Source: Azolla caroliniana
Lineage: Eukaryota; Plantae; Polypodiophyta
DNA: 64,000 bases
Assembly (NCBI GenBank): GCA_043228905.1
Contig: JBHGNT010000014.1
Coordinates: forward strand, 5,394,001 to 5,458,000
Direction of reading: 5' to 3'
The notes below the pieces were generated by a model. That model had not been told where the DNA came from. It made no database searches and saw nothing but the letters and a program-made list of their open reading frames with translations. The position numbers and the translations under genes were made by a program. The stretch's first letter is position 1. Every line of letters starts with the position of its first letter. Below are positions 50,521 through 63,800 of this stretch, in pieces.

Positions 50521-51741
50521 ATGCAGAAGCCGATCATGGAGCACCTTCTTTGCGTGCATCGAATTTTGCGATATGTGGGCATCACGAAGGAACGGGGACT
50601 ATTATACCGGCATGGTATAACCGAAGAGCTAGTTGGCTACACCGATGCCGAGTGGGCCGGTGATGCATCGGATTGTCGATCCACCTCCGACTATATGTTT
50701 TCCCTTGGTAGCGCGGCTGTTGCGTGGAGCAGCAAAAAGCAGCCAATAGTGGCCCTTTCAAGCACTAAGGCTGAATACCGGGGCGCTACCGTTGCCACTT
50801 GTGAAGCCATTTGGCTTCGGCAACTGTTGCAAGACCTGCGGATCGAGGTGCCGACCCCGATCCTGATCTACTGTGACAACATAAGCAGCATGTAGCTCGC
50901 CAAGAACTCCGTATTCCATGCTCGCACAAAGCACATAGAAGTGCACTACCACTTCGTGCGTGAGCATGTTCTGAGCGGTGAAGTCGAACTCCGGTATGTT
51001 CATATGGATCGGCAAGTTGCTGACATCTTCACCAAACCGCCTGGATCGGACAAGTTGCAGTACTTCACCAAAATGCTTGGTGTTCAGCATCTAGACGTGT
51101 CACACTTGAGGGGGAGAACGGGCAAAGACCTTGGAACGGGCAAAGGAAAAGAGACTGTCGATTGTGCCGATAAGGGAAGAACCGACAAGGGGAGAGACAA
51201 GAAGAAGAAAGGAGTCGAGTTGACAAAGGAAGTTGACACATCCGAACAAGTTGGAACAAGCGGTAGCAGAGCCAAGAAGGGCAGAGTTGACTGGAAGAAG
51301 AAGGCCAAGACCCGGACATGGTCCAATGTGGTGAAGGGCATGGAACCGGAGAACAAATCGGGAGTGATCGATTCGGACAAGGTCTGGAATGAGTCGGAGA
51401 CAGCCGATTCGGTTCAACAGACGGATTTGGAAGAACCGGATCAATTCAAGGCCGAGAGGAAGAGAAGGCAGCGAAAGTCGACGCCAACACGAAGGAATTG
51501 GCGAATCGGCAAGCGCCGAAGTCACAATAGTGAGGGAGCTGAAGTGGGCATGTTGAGTAGACAAGCTGACCGAGGAGGTCAAGGCATGCAGAACCAGAGG
51601 GGTCGCGGCAAACGGGACCGGACCAGACGAGGAGCGCGAGCAAGGCGGAGTGACGCCAGAAGGAGCCGGGTGGAAGGACCAACTACCATGGGGACTGACA
51701 CTACGATCCGACCTCAAGTTGAGCTTGAGGGGGAGTGTTGA
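50521..51741 (+). pseudogene. pol: Copia K RNase H plus long charged C-terminal extension
   Basis: GYTDAEWAG, WSSKKQ, YCDNISS, HYHFVRE, ADIFTKP, then ~200 aa K/R/E-rich tail. Confidence 0.85.
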
Positions 51742-54700
51742 GCGGCAAGCTCAACTGGATCCGGATCGGCTGAATAAGCCTGAGCCGGATAGGCGTCTGG
51801 AAGGATGAAGCCGGATCGGTGAGCAATTGAGCTGGTGAGCTGGGGAGCCGGTTAGCCGGATTCAGCAGTAACCGAAAGCTTAGTAACAGCCTAGGCTACT
51901 CGGTAGTTAATGTCTCGTAGTTAGTGCAGACGCTCGTGTGAGCATTGAAGTACACCGTACTTCTGTTAGTTCGTATGGACTTGTATAAAAGTGTTCACTG
52001 AACACATACGATGTACAGATTGAGTAATATTTTGAATTGAGTTTTTGTGTGCTCTCTCTCTCTCTCTCTCCCGCGTACTGTGTATATTCTAAGCTCTCCA
52101 TTAAACCTGCGTTTCTGTGTTTAGTTTTCTATTGCTTCCACACGCTATTGTTTTACAATCAAGTTATCGACCGGGTCATGGAAATGGATAGGGCCCAGAA
52201 TAGTAATTACATGGCGATGGGAGCCCTACAATGAGTGCTACCTCGAGAGGAAGAATTACGGTTTTGGGAAGCAGTCCAATGCACGACATGCGTCAACCCC
52301 GGGCATTCCACATTAGAAAGCACGATGCGAACTCAGTGCATGCTATGCCACTCCCGGTCATACACTATGGAACAGTGTGAGTATAATCCATTAAATGGAC
52401 AAGCGGCATCAGTCCGACATATTGAGCTCCGGGGCGAGCAACAACCAGAAGAGGAACGGTTTTGGAGAGAGGAATGATATCGATCGCAACGCAGTGAACA
52501 ATATAACGACAGAAGACGTGAGGACTACAACTGAGACCGCAACGATAGGTGAGGAGAAGACTACAATCGAGATTGTTACAGTCACGACTACTCCCCAGAT
52601 TATGACCGAAGGAGAGAGGGTGGAAGGTACCCAAACGATGGGCATACCCAGATCAGGGTAGACGGTACCCTGAACGTTAGGGGTATCGGAAACACTGACG
52701 CAACAACCGAAGGGGAATTTTTTGCCAAGAGGAGCGTCAGGAACTGGCCCTAGCCGGATACAAATACGGCCGTTGGGCAACTAGAGCAAAGGAGGACATA
52801 AGAGACCAACCAGATGAATTCCGATATTAAGCCGCGAATCATACAAAAAGGAGAATCAAGTAATATCTAGAGGGTTTACTACTACTATTGATAGAAGGAA
52901 GGTCATTATAGTAGGCAGTGCCCGGTCAAGTCCAATGAGAAGCAGCCGACGGTAAACATGGTGACTGCCGAAGTTACCGATGTTCAACAAGTCACCACAA
53001 AGATCCAAAGGAAAAACTACCGAGTGGGAGGCCCAAGAGGCCATCAAGAAGTAAGCCACCGAATGGATACAAAAAGCAAACGAACGGAACGTGGGTGAAG
53101 TATAGGAACATATGAAGCCTCCAGAAGAACCAGTAGGGGCTACGGAAAACGACCCCACCTGACACACGCTACAACAATGTCAGATCATGTTGCCTCTAGG
53201 CCGCTTGTTGCAGTTAGTTCCCCGATTTACGGAAGGACTTAAATCAGCATTCTCATCACAAAAACCGGAGCCAACACCAACAGTCTTCTCCAATCCGGAG
53301 GAGGGGCCGGCAATAGTAGACACCAACAGTCCGGCGATTACGATTATCATGAAAGGAAGGGAGATACCTAGAACAATTGTGGATGGAGGTTCCGGTGTGA
53401 ACGTGATCAACCAACGAACATGTGATACCGTGGGGATCAGAGAATGGGAACCATGCCCATTCTGGCGGAGAATGGCGGATACCAGTTCGGTTCGGCCAAT
53501 CGGACTCATTCGAGACTTAGAGATTACAATTAGAGACCATGCGTTCCAGATATCCGGAGTGGTCCTGCATCTCAACGCACAAGGGCTTACCCCCTGTTGT
53601 TAAGAAGGCCATGGATGCAACAATCCGAGAACTGCGGCATGCGCAAGAAGCACTAGAGCGAGAAATGGCCATGTCTCAACGGGTAAAAGCATCCAGCTAG
53701 AAGAGGTGGTTCTTGGGACTGGTGAAGCACCAAAACCAGTAAGCGTTGCAAAGGAAATGCCCCCGGACAAGAAAAAGGCAACAATTGAACTACTTAGAGA
53801 ATTTTGAGATGTCTTCGCCTAGTCATACAAAGATATGCAAGGGTTGGATCCCCAACTATACCAGCATCAGATCCACCTTAGCAAGGACATGAAGTCGGTA
53901 GCGCAACGACGTTACCGAATGAATCCCAATTATGTAGCAAAGGTCAAGGAAGAAATTGATAAACTTCTAAGAGTCGGTTTTATCCAACTAGTAAAACAAG
54001 CAACATGGCTTAGTCCAATCGTAGTTGTGTCGAAGTAAAACGGAAAGATCCGGGTCTGTGTCGACTACCGAAAGCTGAATGCTGCCATGGTGACAAACAC
54101 GTTCCTACTACCATTCACGGATGGGGTGTTAGATGTGGTAGCCGGTCATGAGGTATATAGTTTCTTGGATGGGTTTAGCGGTTACAACCAACTTCGGATG
54201 GACCCGGTGGATTAGTAAAAGACGACATTCATCACGGAATGGGGAGTGTTCGTCGCGGTAGTTATGATGTTTGGACTGAAGATGGCACTAACAACTTTCC
54301 AGAGCATTATCATGGAAATATTCGGGAAATACATTCCGACATTTATGTAGGTCTTTTTGGAAGATTTTGCGGTTTACAACCGAAAGGAAGAACATTTGGA
54401 CCACCTCTGAATGTGTTTGGAGAAGTGTCAGAGATCTCGAGTGAGCCTGAATTCGGCAAAATGTGTTTTCGGGGTAACAAGTGGCACGCTACTCGGGCAC
54501 ATTGTTAGTAAAGACAGAATCATTGTGGATCCGGACAAGGTGACCACCATCTTAAAAGCACTGGCACCGACAAATGCCAAGGCATTAAGTCGGTTCTTGG
54601 GTTCGATACGGGGGCACAGCCGGATACTACGTTACCTAGCAGTCGTGCACCGCGCTTTTTCAATGGACGGAGCAAGAATAAACGACGTATAAAGCGTTAA

Positions 54701-56001
54701 ATGTGATGCTGTCACAAGCTCCAATGGTGCAACCTCCAGATTGGACAAAGGATTTTCATGTGTTCGTGGACGTGTCAGATATAACAATCGGAAGTGTTCT
54801 AATGCAGCTTTACCGTTCGGTCTACTATGCAAGCTGAAAACTCTCTAAAGCCAAACGAAATTACTCGACAACAGAAAGAGAAGCACTAGGAATTTTCTAC
54901 ATCGTCACCAAGTACCGCCACTATTAACTAGGACACAATTTTCGTTCCATGTTGACCACTCCACACTAATTTATTTGGTGTCCAAGGCGCCATTAACCGG
55001 CAAATTAGCAAGGTGGACACTACTATTGCAGGAGTTCGAGTTCGAAATATACCACCGATTGGGAATGTAGCACACAATGGCAAATTACTTGAGCCCGCTG
55101 GAATCCGGAGAAGCCGGGGATGGAGTCTGAGATGAGTTCCTGTATGCTGAGCTATTCAAGACTACCTCGAAAACGGCGGTAGATGAGACAATGGCCGGGG
55201 AGGACAAATGGCTCAACGACATGTATCAATTCCTAGGTACTGGACTGCCTCTGGAAGAGCTAAGTTGGGACGAATGAAAATGATTGGCAGTCCAAGGTCA
55301 CCATTTCTGTTTGATACAGGACACATTGTACCACAAAGGAGCAGTGCGTGGTAAGGAGTGATGAAAAGGAAGCAATTCTACGAGAAGCTCATTGTGGAGT
55401 TGCTGGTTGCCACCATGCCGAAGACGCTACCGCCCGGAAGATTTAGAGAAGTGGGTTATGGTGGTTGACAACTCTCAAAGACACTATCCGATTATGCAAA
55501 GAATGTGATCTCTGCCAGCCGTTGGGCTAAACCACAGAGCAAGCTCAAATGTCCCATCAACCCGTATTGCAACTAGAACCGTTTCAAAATGGGGATTAGA
55601 TTTCGTGGGGCCATTTAAGCCACTAGCAATGCGCATAGGGAACTGGTACATTATTGTAGCCACTGACTATTGTACGAAATGGGTGGAAGCAAAAGCGCTC
55701 TGGGACAACACGGCGGCATCAACGATAACATTTCTTTATGAATATATATGGTGCCGATACGGATGTCCGATCGAGTTGATCAACGATCAGGGAGGACACT
55801 TCCTTGGTCATGTGGTGGAAAGCCTGACAACATTCTATACAGTAGTTCATAAACACAGTATGCCATACTACCCGTAGGCGAACGGATTGGCGGAATCAAT
55901 GAACAAGTCGCTCCAGAACATTCTTTGGAAAATTGTAAATGAAAACTAGACAGACTAGGATACCAAACTACACAGCGCATTATGGGCTTATTGGACGGCG
56001 T

Positions 56002-56855
56002 TGTCGTGAAATCCGCCAATAAGCGCGGATCGTGAGGCGGAACCGCCGGGGTTCTGGATGGGAAGGATTTAGGGCTTAACACTTAATGTATTTTAGGCTT
56101 AAAGACGAGTGATTTATCTTTAATAAGAGTAAATTGGTAGTATAAGAGATCGAATAATAGTTAATTACATTTATGCATAAGCAAATCTTCGAGTAGGAGA
56201 TTATGCGAGATTGAATAATACTTAATAATGCTAATAAGTAGGAAAAGCTTAGATTACGGGAGTATGAATGACACTTAATTATTTTTATACATAAGCAATG
56301 TTTAAAATAAGAGAGCATAAGAGAAGAAATATGGAAAGTTTTTATTACTAAATCATCAATATAATGGACTTGTTTTGATACATGATTTCTTTTTTTCTAT
56401 CTCCCCTTTTGGGGTATAAGAGTCTGAGAGAGGAAATATAAATCTTTTCTTATTCAACCCCCTCTATCCCTTCTTCTTATTTATAGGTTTACTATGATTT
56501 GCTTTATTTTTCTCCTAAAAAAAAGCTGGTCTATATGAGTTGCATTTTATTTCTATCACTATTTTTGGAAAGCCCTTTGAGTTAGCTTTCTTATGAATGT
56601 TTTTTTGTCTAATTTGGACACCGGATGAGGAAATTATGAGCTTTTTTCTCTACCTTGCTCCTCAATTCCACGCCTTGCATTTTTTTTTTGCGTTATTATT
56701 ATTATTTTACTTTTTCTATTTTTTTCTACTTTTGAAAATTCGCTTCTACCTACCTTCTTATCTTTTCATCATTTTCACAATATTAGTTTATTTCAACTAC
56801 TACATTCTTTTTTTTTGGTGGTGGTTTCACACTATGTGTTGAAAACATCACGACA
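56002..56855. mobile_element. AT-rich ~0.85-kb insertion in J integrase (solo LTR or TIR element)
   Basis: Ends TGTCGTGA...TCACGACA; the integrase motif LWAY.TA / K.SIRTTPF resumes after it; TSD imperfect. Confidence 0.7.
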
Positions 56856-57719
56856 ACGCATAAAATGAGTATCCGGACGACACCGTTCCGATTCACATTC
56901 GAATTGGAGGTAGTGATGGTCATGGAGTTCCAAATTCCCAGTTTATAGATACAGGTCCGAGAGCGGTTAAGCGAGAAGGAGTCCGAAAAAATCCGATTGG
57001 CAACATTATGCGAACTAGAGGAACACCGGATAGCTAGCGTGTTGCAGCTAGAGCTCGAACAACGTAGACAAAAAGCTTTTGCGGACTAGCGTAGGCTCTA
57101 CATTGGCAAGCCGATGTGAGTGTTCCAGACCTGGATGGGCAGCATGCCGGGAAACCTGTGGTTCCGGTGGACCAGACCGTTCTGGATTACAAGAGAATTC
57201 AAGGGATCTTACCAACTGGGCATGCTAGTCGGCGAGGTATTGGACAAATGGATAAATGGTTTCTGAATAAAACCATACAAAGCCCCGATGCCGGAGAACC
57301 CATTCAAACAATCGGAGGAACAACAGGTTCCGGAAACAGAAGAGGAAACCGGTGAACATCTGTCTACAACGGAGCCGGTGCAGTCGAGCACGCAAGACGA
57401 ACTTAATGGCCAGGTATTTCAGGCCGCACGAGAATTCAAAAAAAAGATAAAAGAAAAAAAAGAAACTATTTGATAGGATGAACGGCCACCATGAAAAGGC
57501 GTGACGACAACTATTTAAAGTGCACCACATGGTGCAATCATACTATTATGGTACACGACGTGCATGCATGGTATTCAAGAAGTGGCGGCTGACAGAAATG
57601 GGGATACAAAACTTCCGAAAAAATGAAGGATTGTCTTTTCACGAGAGAAGGCTTTTGATAGCACAAAAGAGCACATAGGTTTCCGAACAAGCACACGCAA
57701 TCACCCAAGCATTAGTAGG

Positions 57720-59720
57720 CAACTATAGCGCACTCGACGAAGAAGACATAGGCCCTATGGCACTCTTGATCGCTACCAGAGACTGGTTCAGCAAACATGG
57801 TTTGGAAGGATTTCTCCAGGTAGTGGATGTGCAGCCACACGAAGAACCAGAGAAGATCGCAACAAAGATTGACCTCGACGAGATCTCCGAAGGCACCGTC
57901 CAAGCCCTCATTGGGTTACCTGCCGAGGGACTATATTCCATCGAGAACCCCTCTACAGAAATCTTGACCAAATACTTCAGGGAGTACTCCATTGCCAATA
58001 AAGTGTACTGAACACAAGGCGGCAAGAATCCCTTGTTCAGGGAGGTGGCTCGTGTTTTATTAGAATACGGATTTGTGCATCCTCGACCACCTGCCATGCC
58101 AAAGAATCAGGCCAGATTTATCATAGCAACATTCAAAGGCCTCAAGGTGGATTGGCCGGTAATTATAGCCGACTCTCTACGAGCAAGCATCGCATCCGTA
58201 GTGGGCGGGAAGAAGGCATGGTGCAGGTTAGCCCAGTGGCTAACATTATTGGTACCCCCAACACATGCCGTCAAGACGAAGAAGCGAACCCCGCCGGAAA
58301 CCACACCGAATAAGGCATCCAAACGACAGTAGCTCCTGTCAAAGCACAACCCCGGATGGACGGTAGGGGAATCGTCTCAGCAAGAAGAAGTACGGATGAC
58401 CTAGGGACAGGAGCCGGGAAAGCAAGTTCCAGAGAAAACGGCCAAACCAATCAAAATCAAGCTGCGTTGGTAGGACAGGGACACATACGACCTGGTCCGG
58501 AGGGTGAACCAAGAAACCGCAGAGGAAGAGGTTGAAGAGGAACTAGTTGAAGCCCTTCAATGTCGCCCAAGGAAGTGCAACACGAAATAGTAGGGGGAAG
58601 GATCGGGTCCGAAGCAGGACAATACCTCGAAGACTTTCTCAATGGTGGTAGAACCCAGGATGGAGGAAGAACTGGTAATAAGACCAAAAGCGGTGACAAC
58701 GGTTCAACAGGAACCGGTTATAGAGAGACTTACCTCACCGGGTCTTCAAGCGGCGCCACATTACGAACGCCGTCTGGAGCGGACACTGGAACCACTGACC
58801 CAATGGCTCAAGAAGGAGCACGAACCAAGACCGGAGACAATACAACAGTTTACTACCCTAACACAACATGGAACATGCTGCCAATGGTTGAAGTGGCTCA
58901 GAGAGCAACTATCTGGTGTGGCTAACCAGATGGAGGACGAACAACAACAAGTCGGAAGTCTGGCGGAATGGTTGCTAGCCACAACCGAAGAATTAGAGAA
59001 GGCTCGGGCACAGATCCAGAGCCTAGAGGAAGAATTGAAAAAGGCCATGTAATAAGCGGCCATCATGGCCAACATGGGCCAAACTACAACTGCAACAACA
59101 AAGCCGGTGCCACTAGCTAATCTACAGCACGAAGCTCTGGAAACGGATGCACAACCGAAGGATAGTACAGCCCCGGAAAAAGACACTGAGTGGGAGAAGG
59201 AAATGATAACACTGAAAGAAGAATTAACTGCTCAGGAAGCACTACGAGGAAGAGAAAGGGATCAGATGAGGAAAAATGGAGACGGGAAGAAAATGTCTGG
59301 AAAAGTCAGGCTAATAATAACTAGCTGAAGGAAGAGTGAGAAAAGCTACTGCAAGAAAAGGATAAGCTCCGGAGAATGGCGGAAACGGAAATAGAGCGGT
59401 TGAAAGAAGAAATCCGGCAATAGAAGGACAAAGACAATCGAGTGCGCTCCTAGATAAATCGCTAGCTAAAGCAGAATCTAGAAGATTTGGAAAAGCTACA
59501 TCGGGACCACAACCAACTAGATGCCGAACATAAGAACCTTGGGTCGGAATTTGACCGACATCAAGAAAAGATGAAAGAAATCCGGATGGAGACGCTGGTG
59601 GATGAACAACCAAGGGGGTAGCAACGGCGAAGGCACTCGAAGAAGTGGCAAAGGACAAAATGGAGCTGAGCAAGAAGCACTATGAAGAAGTAGAACGGGC
59701 AAAAATGGCTTTGGATAGGG
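57720..59720 (+). pseudogene. Extra ORF of Gypsy J (env-like/PMD-like N-terminal part plus coiled coil)
   Basis: Fragments 57757-58011, 58033-58332 (GLKVDWPVIIADSL), 58642-59052 and 59065-59328, with heptad-like E/K/Q-rich segments downstream of IN. Confidence 0.55.
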
Positions 59721-59723
59721 TCC

Positions 59724-60817
59724 TGTTGAGAATCAAGCTCAACTTGGTCTAGTGTGTGAACTCACCTTGAGAGTGAAGAGACACTCCAACGGTCAAGAGT
59801 CACCATTATGTCACCACTTTGTATTCTAGCATTTAGTATGAGTCATAGAATCATATTCTATGACACATAACTTATGAGCTTTCACATTCCCCATGCTCCA
59901 TGAGGCTTGTAGTTAATGAAGAGAGAGGGTGACTACATAAAGCACCCTCCTCCCACCTTGTATCATGTTGAGTCTTTGTCCTTTGCTAATATATATTTTT
60001 ACCTTGCGTATTCTCTGTGTATTACTCCTTGTCTCTCTCACACACACTCTCTCTCTCATACACACACAGTTCACACCTATTCCGCTTCACAAGAATCCAT
60101 CTCTTGATTCTTTACATGGTATCAGAGCGATTTGATAGCTCGATCTAGCCCATTCGCCTCATCGTGATTGTGTGTTGTGCTCCACGCCGACGACCAAGAA
60201 CCGGCTCATCGCTATTGTAGCTTCGCTACATAGCTCACATTCGAAGAGAGAAGAAGAAGAAGAACAATCAACATAATGAATACTCAAATGGGGAGCGCTC
60301 TCCCTACCGAGAAGTTGGATCGAAACAACTTCGCATCTTGGGTGTACAAGATGCACCAATACCTTGTCGGACAAGGCTATTGGAGCTACATCAAAGGAGC
60401 GCATGAAGACCGACCCGCCAAAGCGGCTCCCGGATACGCAACATGGGAGCAAGCTGCAAACCGCGTGATATATTGTTTGGTGACATGTGTTCACGACCAC
60501 ATGCTCGGTTACATTCGAGAAGCCAAGACGCCGAAGGAAGCATGGGAAAATCTACGAAAGATTTTCGCCGCCAACACGACCGCGAGGAAGCTTCAACTCC
60601 GCCAAGAGTTGAACAACATTCAACAAAGGGATATGTCCATCACGACATACACCTTGAAGATCAAGGAGCTTTGCGACTCGCTCGGCTCAATAAGTGTAAG
60701 TATAGATGATGATGAGGTGGTGCAAATATGCCTCGGCAGCCTCGCACCACGGTTCGGCGCGATGCGAACTGCCATTCTAGCGCGGGAGAAATCTCCCTCC
60801 TTCTTCGAGCTTCAATC
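59724..60817 (+). mobile_element. Copia element H: 5' LTR 59724-60116, PBS 60117-60128, gag from 60276, interrupted by A2
   Basis: TGTTGAGAATCAAGCTCAAC..TTTACA then TGGTATCAGAGC; gag EKLDRNNFASW...AKTPKEAWENL. Confidence 0.9.
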
Positions 60818-63800
60818 TGATGGAAATAATCGTCCCTTTCCAACCTTCACCACTCGGCCACAACCAAGGAAACACACGAATCGTTGTTGCAGAAAATGGG
60901 AAATGCGAAAAATAGAGTGGACACACGATTTAACGTGGAAAACCCTGTACGGGAAAAACCACGGGAGTACAAGACTCCGAACCAAAACTATGCACAGAGA
61001 AATATACAATGGCGAGCTGCAAGGCGACGACCTTGAGCTCGCTGTCCTCGCCACAAGCGGCGGAATTACACAGAGGCGTCGACCTCTTCCTCTCTCACGC
61101 TCTATCTCTCTCACGGCTGCTCTCTCTTCACTCCTCTTAAGTGGAAAAACAGAAAAATGAGTAGCAACATAAAAACTGTTTGCCCTAAGTCATATTTATA
61201 CACATATGACTTTCGGGCTATTTACAAATATAGCCTCAAGGGCCCTTGGCAAACATATTCACAAATATGTCCCCGCATCCGGATCTCTCTCCGGGTACAT
61301 ACGTCATCCGGCTCCGTAACCGGGGTCTTCATCATCCGGATCCGTATCCGGGTACTCTTCATCCGGCTTCATGCCGGGTACTCTTCATCATCCGGTTCCG
61401 TAACCGCAACCGGGCTTGCCGTCATTCATCTCCGGACATCCCATCCGGAGGGACCGAAAATCCCAACAAACTCCCCCTTCACTTCGGCATGGGATGTCTC
61501 TCCAATCCGATCCTCTTCCGGCATGCTTCCAGCTTGTCGGGTGAGAGCACCTTGGTCAGCATATCCGACCCGTTCTCGTCCGTGTGGATCTTCGTCAGCA
61601 CGAACTCCTTGTCTTCTATCCTTTCCCAGATCCAGTGATATCTTCGCTGGATGTGCTTCGTCCGAGAATGGTAGGCCGCGTTCTTCGCAAGGTGGATGGC
61701 ACTCTGACTATCGCAGTAGAGTCGGTACTCCTCCTGACGGATACCGAGCTCTCTAATGAAGTCCTTCATCCATATTATTTCCTTGCCGGCTTCAACAGCC
61801 GCCATGTACTCCGCCTCCGTGGTTGATAGCGCAACCGTCTTCTGCAGCTTCGACTGCCATGAAACAGCTCCCCCTGCATACGTCATCACATACCCTGATG
61901 TGGACCGGCTGGTATCTGCATCAGCCGACATATCCGAATCGGTAAAGCCATCGAGTTCGGGCTTACCGGAGCCGAATCGGAGGCACACGTTTGCCGTGCC
62001 CTTCAGGTATCGGAGTATCCACTTGACCGCGTTCCAGTGCTCCTTGCCGGGATTGCTCATGTACCGGCTCACCACTCCGACTGCGTATCCTATGTCCGGT
62101 CTTGTACACACCATTGCGTACATCAAGCTTTCGACGGCAGAGGCATATGGTACTTTCATCATGTCCTCCTTCTCAGCCTTTGTCTTGGGGCTTTGCTTGC
62201 TGGACAACTTGCAGTTTGCCGGGAGGGTTGACCCGACCGGTCTTGCTTCCGACATGTTGAACCGTTTAAGCACCTTTGTCACGTACTTTTCCTGTGACAG
62301 CCACAACTGCTTCTTGCTCCGGTCCCGGATGATGTGCATCCCTAGTATTTGTCTTGCCGGACCCAGGTCCTTCATTGAGAAGGTTCGGTGAAGAGCCTTC
62401 TTCAGCATCCGTATCTTGACCTGGTCCCGTCCGACGATCAACATGTCGTCCACGTACAGGAGGAGTATTAGAAAGTCTCCTCCTTCGAACTTCTTCACAA
62501 ACACGCAGTGATCGGACTGCGTTTTGTGGTACCCTTCATCTGTCATGAAGGAGTCGAACTTCCGGTACCATTGCCGGGGAGCCTGCTTCAGACCGTAAAG
62601 GCTCTTCTTCAACCGGCATACCAGGTGCTCCTTCCCTTTCTTCTCGAATCCTTCCGGTTGCTGCATGTAGATCTCTTCTTCGAGGTCACCGTGAAGGAAT
62701 GCCGTCTTCACGTCCATCTGTTCTACCTCGAGGTCCATGCTTGCCGCTATGCTCAGCACCGTCCGGATGGAGGTCATCTTCACTACCGGGGCAAATATCT
62801 CGTCGAAGTCGACGCCCTTCTTCTGCTGGAACCCCTTCACCACGATCCTGGCTTTGTATCTCGGAGGGTTTCCGGCATCTCCCGGTTTCAGCTTGAACAC
62901 CCACTTGTTTCGAAGTGCCCGTTTTCCTTTCGGCAACTCCACAAGTTCATATGTGTGGTTCTCATGCAGGGAATCCATCTCGTCCTGCATGGCACTCAAC
63001 CACCTGCGGCTCTGGGTGTCATGCTTTGCTTCTTCAAAGCTCTCCGGCTCCCCTTCGTCGGTTAGCAGCACGTGCTCTGGTTCCGGAAATCTCCGGGGGG
63101 CCCTTCTCTCTCTTAGAGGATATCTCCGTTCCGGAGCTTCGGTAGCCGGTTCTTCCGATTCTTCTTCATCCGAATCCATTTCGGGATCGGGGCCGGTTCC
63201 GGTATCATTTTCATCTTCTTCGGCCGGTTCTGTTTCTTCACCGTCTTCGGCCGGATCCTCGAGTGCTAACCGGTCCCTTGCCGGTCGGGACTGATCCTCG
63301 TAGAGTTGATCCTCACCGGTCGACTTGGAGCTCTTCATCTTCTTCTCCGACTCCCAGTCGGCGAGTGTCTTGTCCTCCATGAAGATGATGTCTCGACTCC
63401 TGAATATCTTCTTGTCGACCGGGTCCCATACTCGGTAGCCGAACTCGTCGTCGCCGTAACCGAGGAATATGCATGGCCGGGTCTTTGGATCTAGCTTTCC
63501 TCTCCGGTCCTTTGCCACATGCACGTATGCGAGACACCCGAACACCTTCAGATGCCGGTAAGATACTTCCCTACCGGTCCACACTCTCTGCGGCGTGTCT
63601 CCGTCCAAAGGTACTGAGGGTGATCTGTTTATCACGTATGTCGCCGTCGACATCGCCTCAGCCCAAAACCCCTTGGGTAATTCAGCATGCGCCAGCATAC
63701 TCCGGACCCTCTCCATTATGGTCCGGTTCATCCTCTCGGCCAGCCCGTTCAGTTCCGGCGTCTTCGGCACAGTAAACTCGAGCCGGATTCCCTTCGAGCG

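Larger units (their letters stand above)
48104..52157 (+). mobile_element. Non-autonomous Copia element K (gag, IN and RT deleted) inserted in J gag
   Basis: TSD ATCAA; 5' LTR 48104-48442 plus ~50404-50502; PBS 50503-50515 followed directly by RT-end/RNase H; PPT 51725-51735; 3' LTR 51736-52157. Confidence 0.93.
47315..59723 (+). mobile_element. Degenerate non-chromovirus Ty3/Gypsy element J (gag-PR-RT-RH-IN plus extra ORF); no LTR visible in the window
   Basis: gag 47531-48103 and 52163-52900; protease IVDGGSGVN; RT DMQGLDPQLYQH/WLSPIVVV/SFLDGFSGYNQ; RNase H 54700-55100; IN IIVATDYCTKWVEA/LINDQG; downstream coiled-coil-like ORF. Confidence 0.85.
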
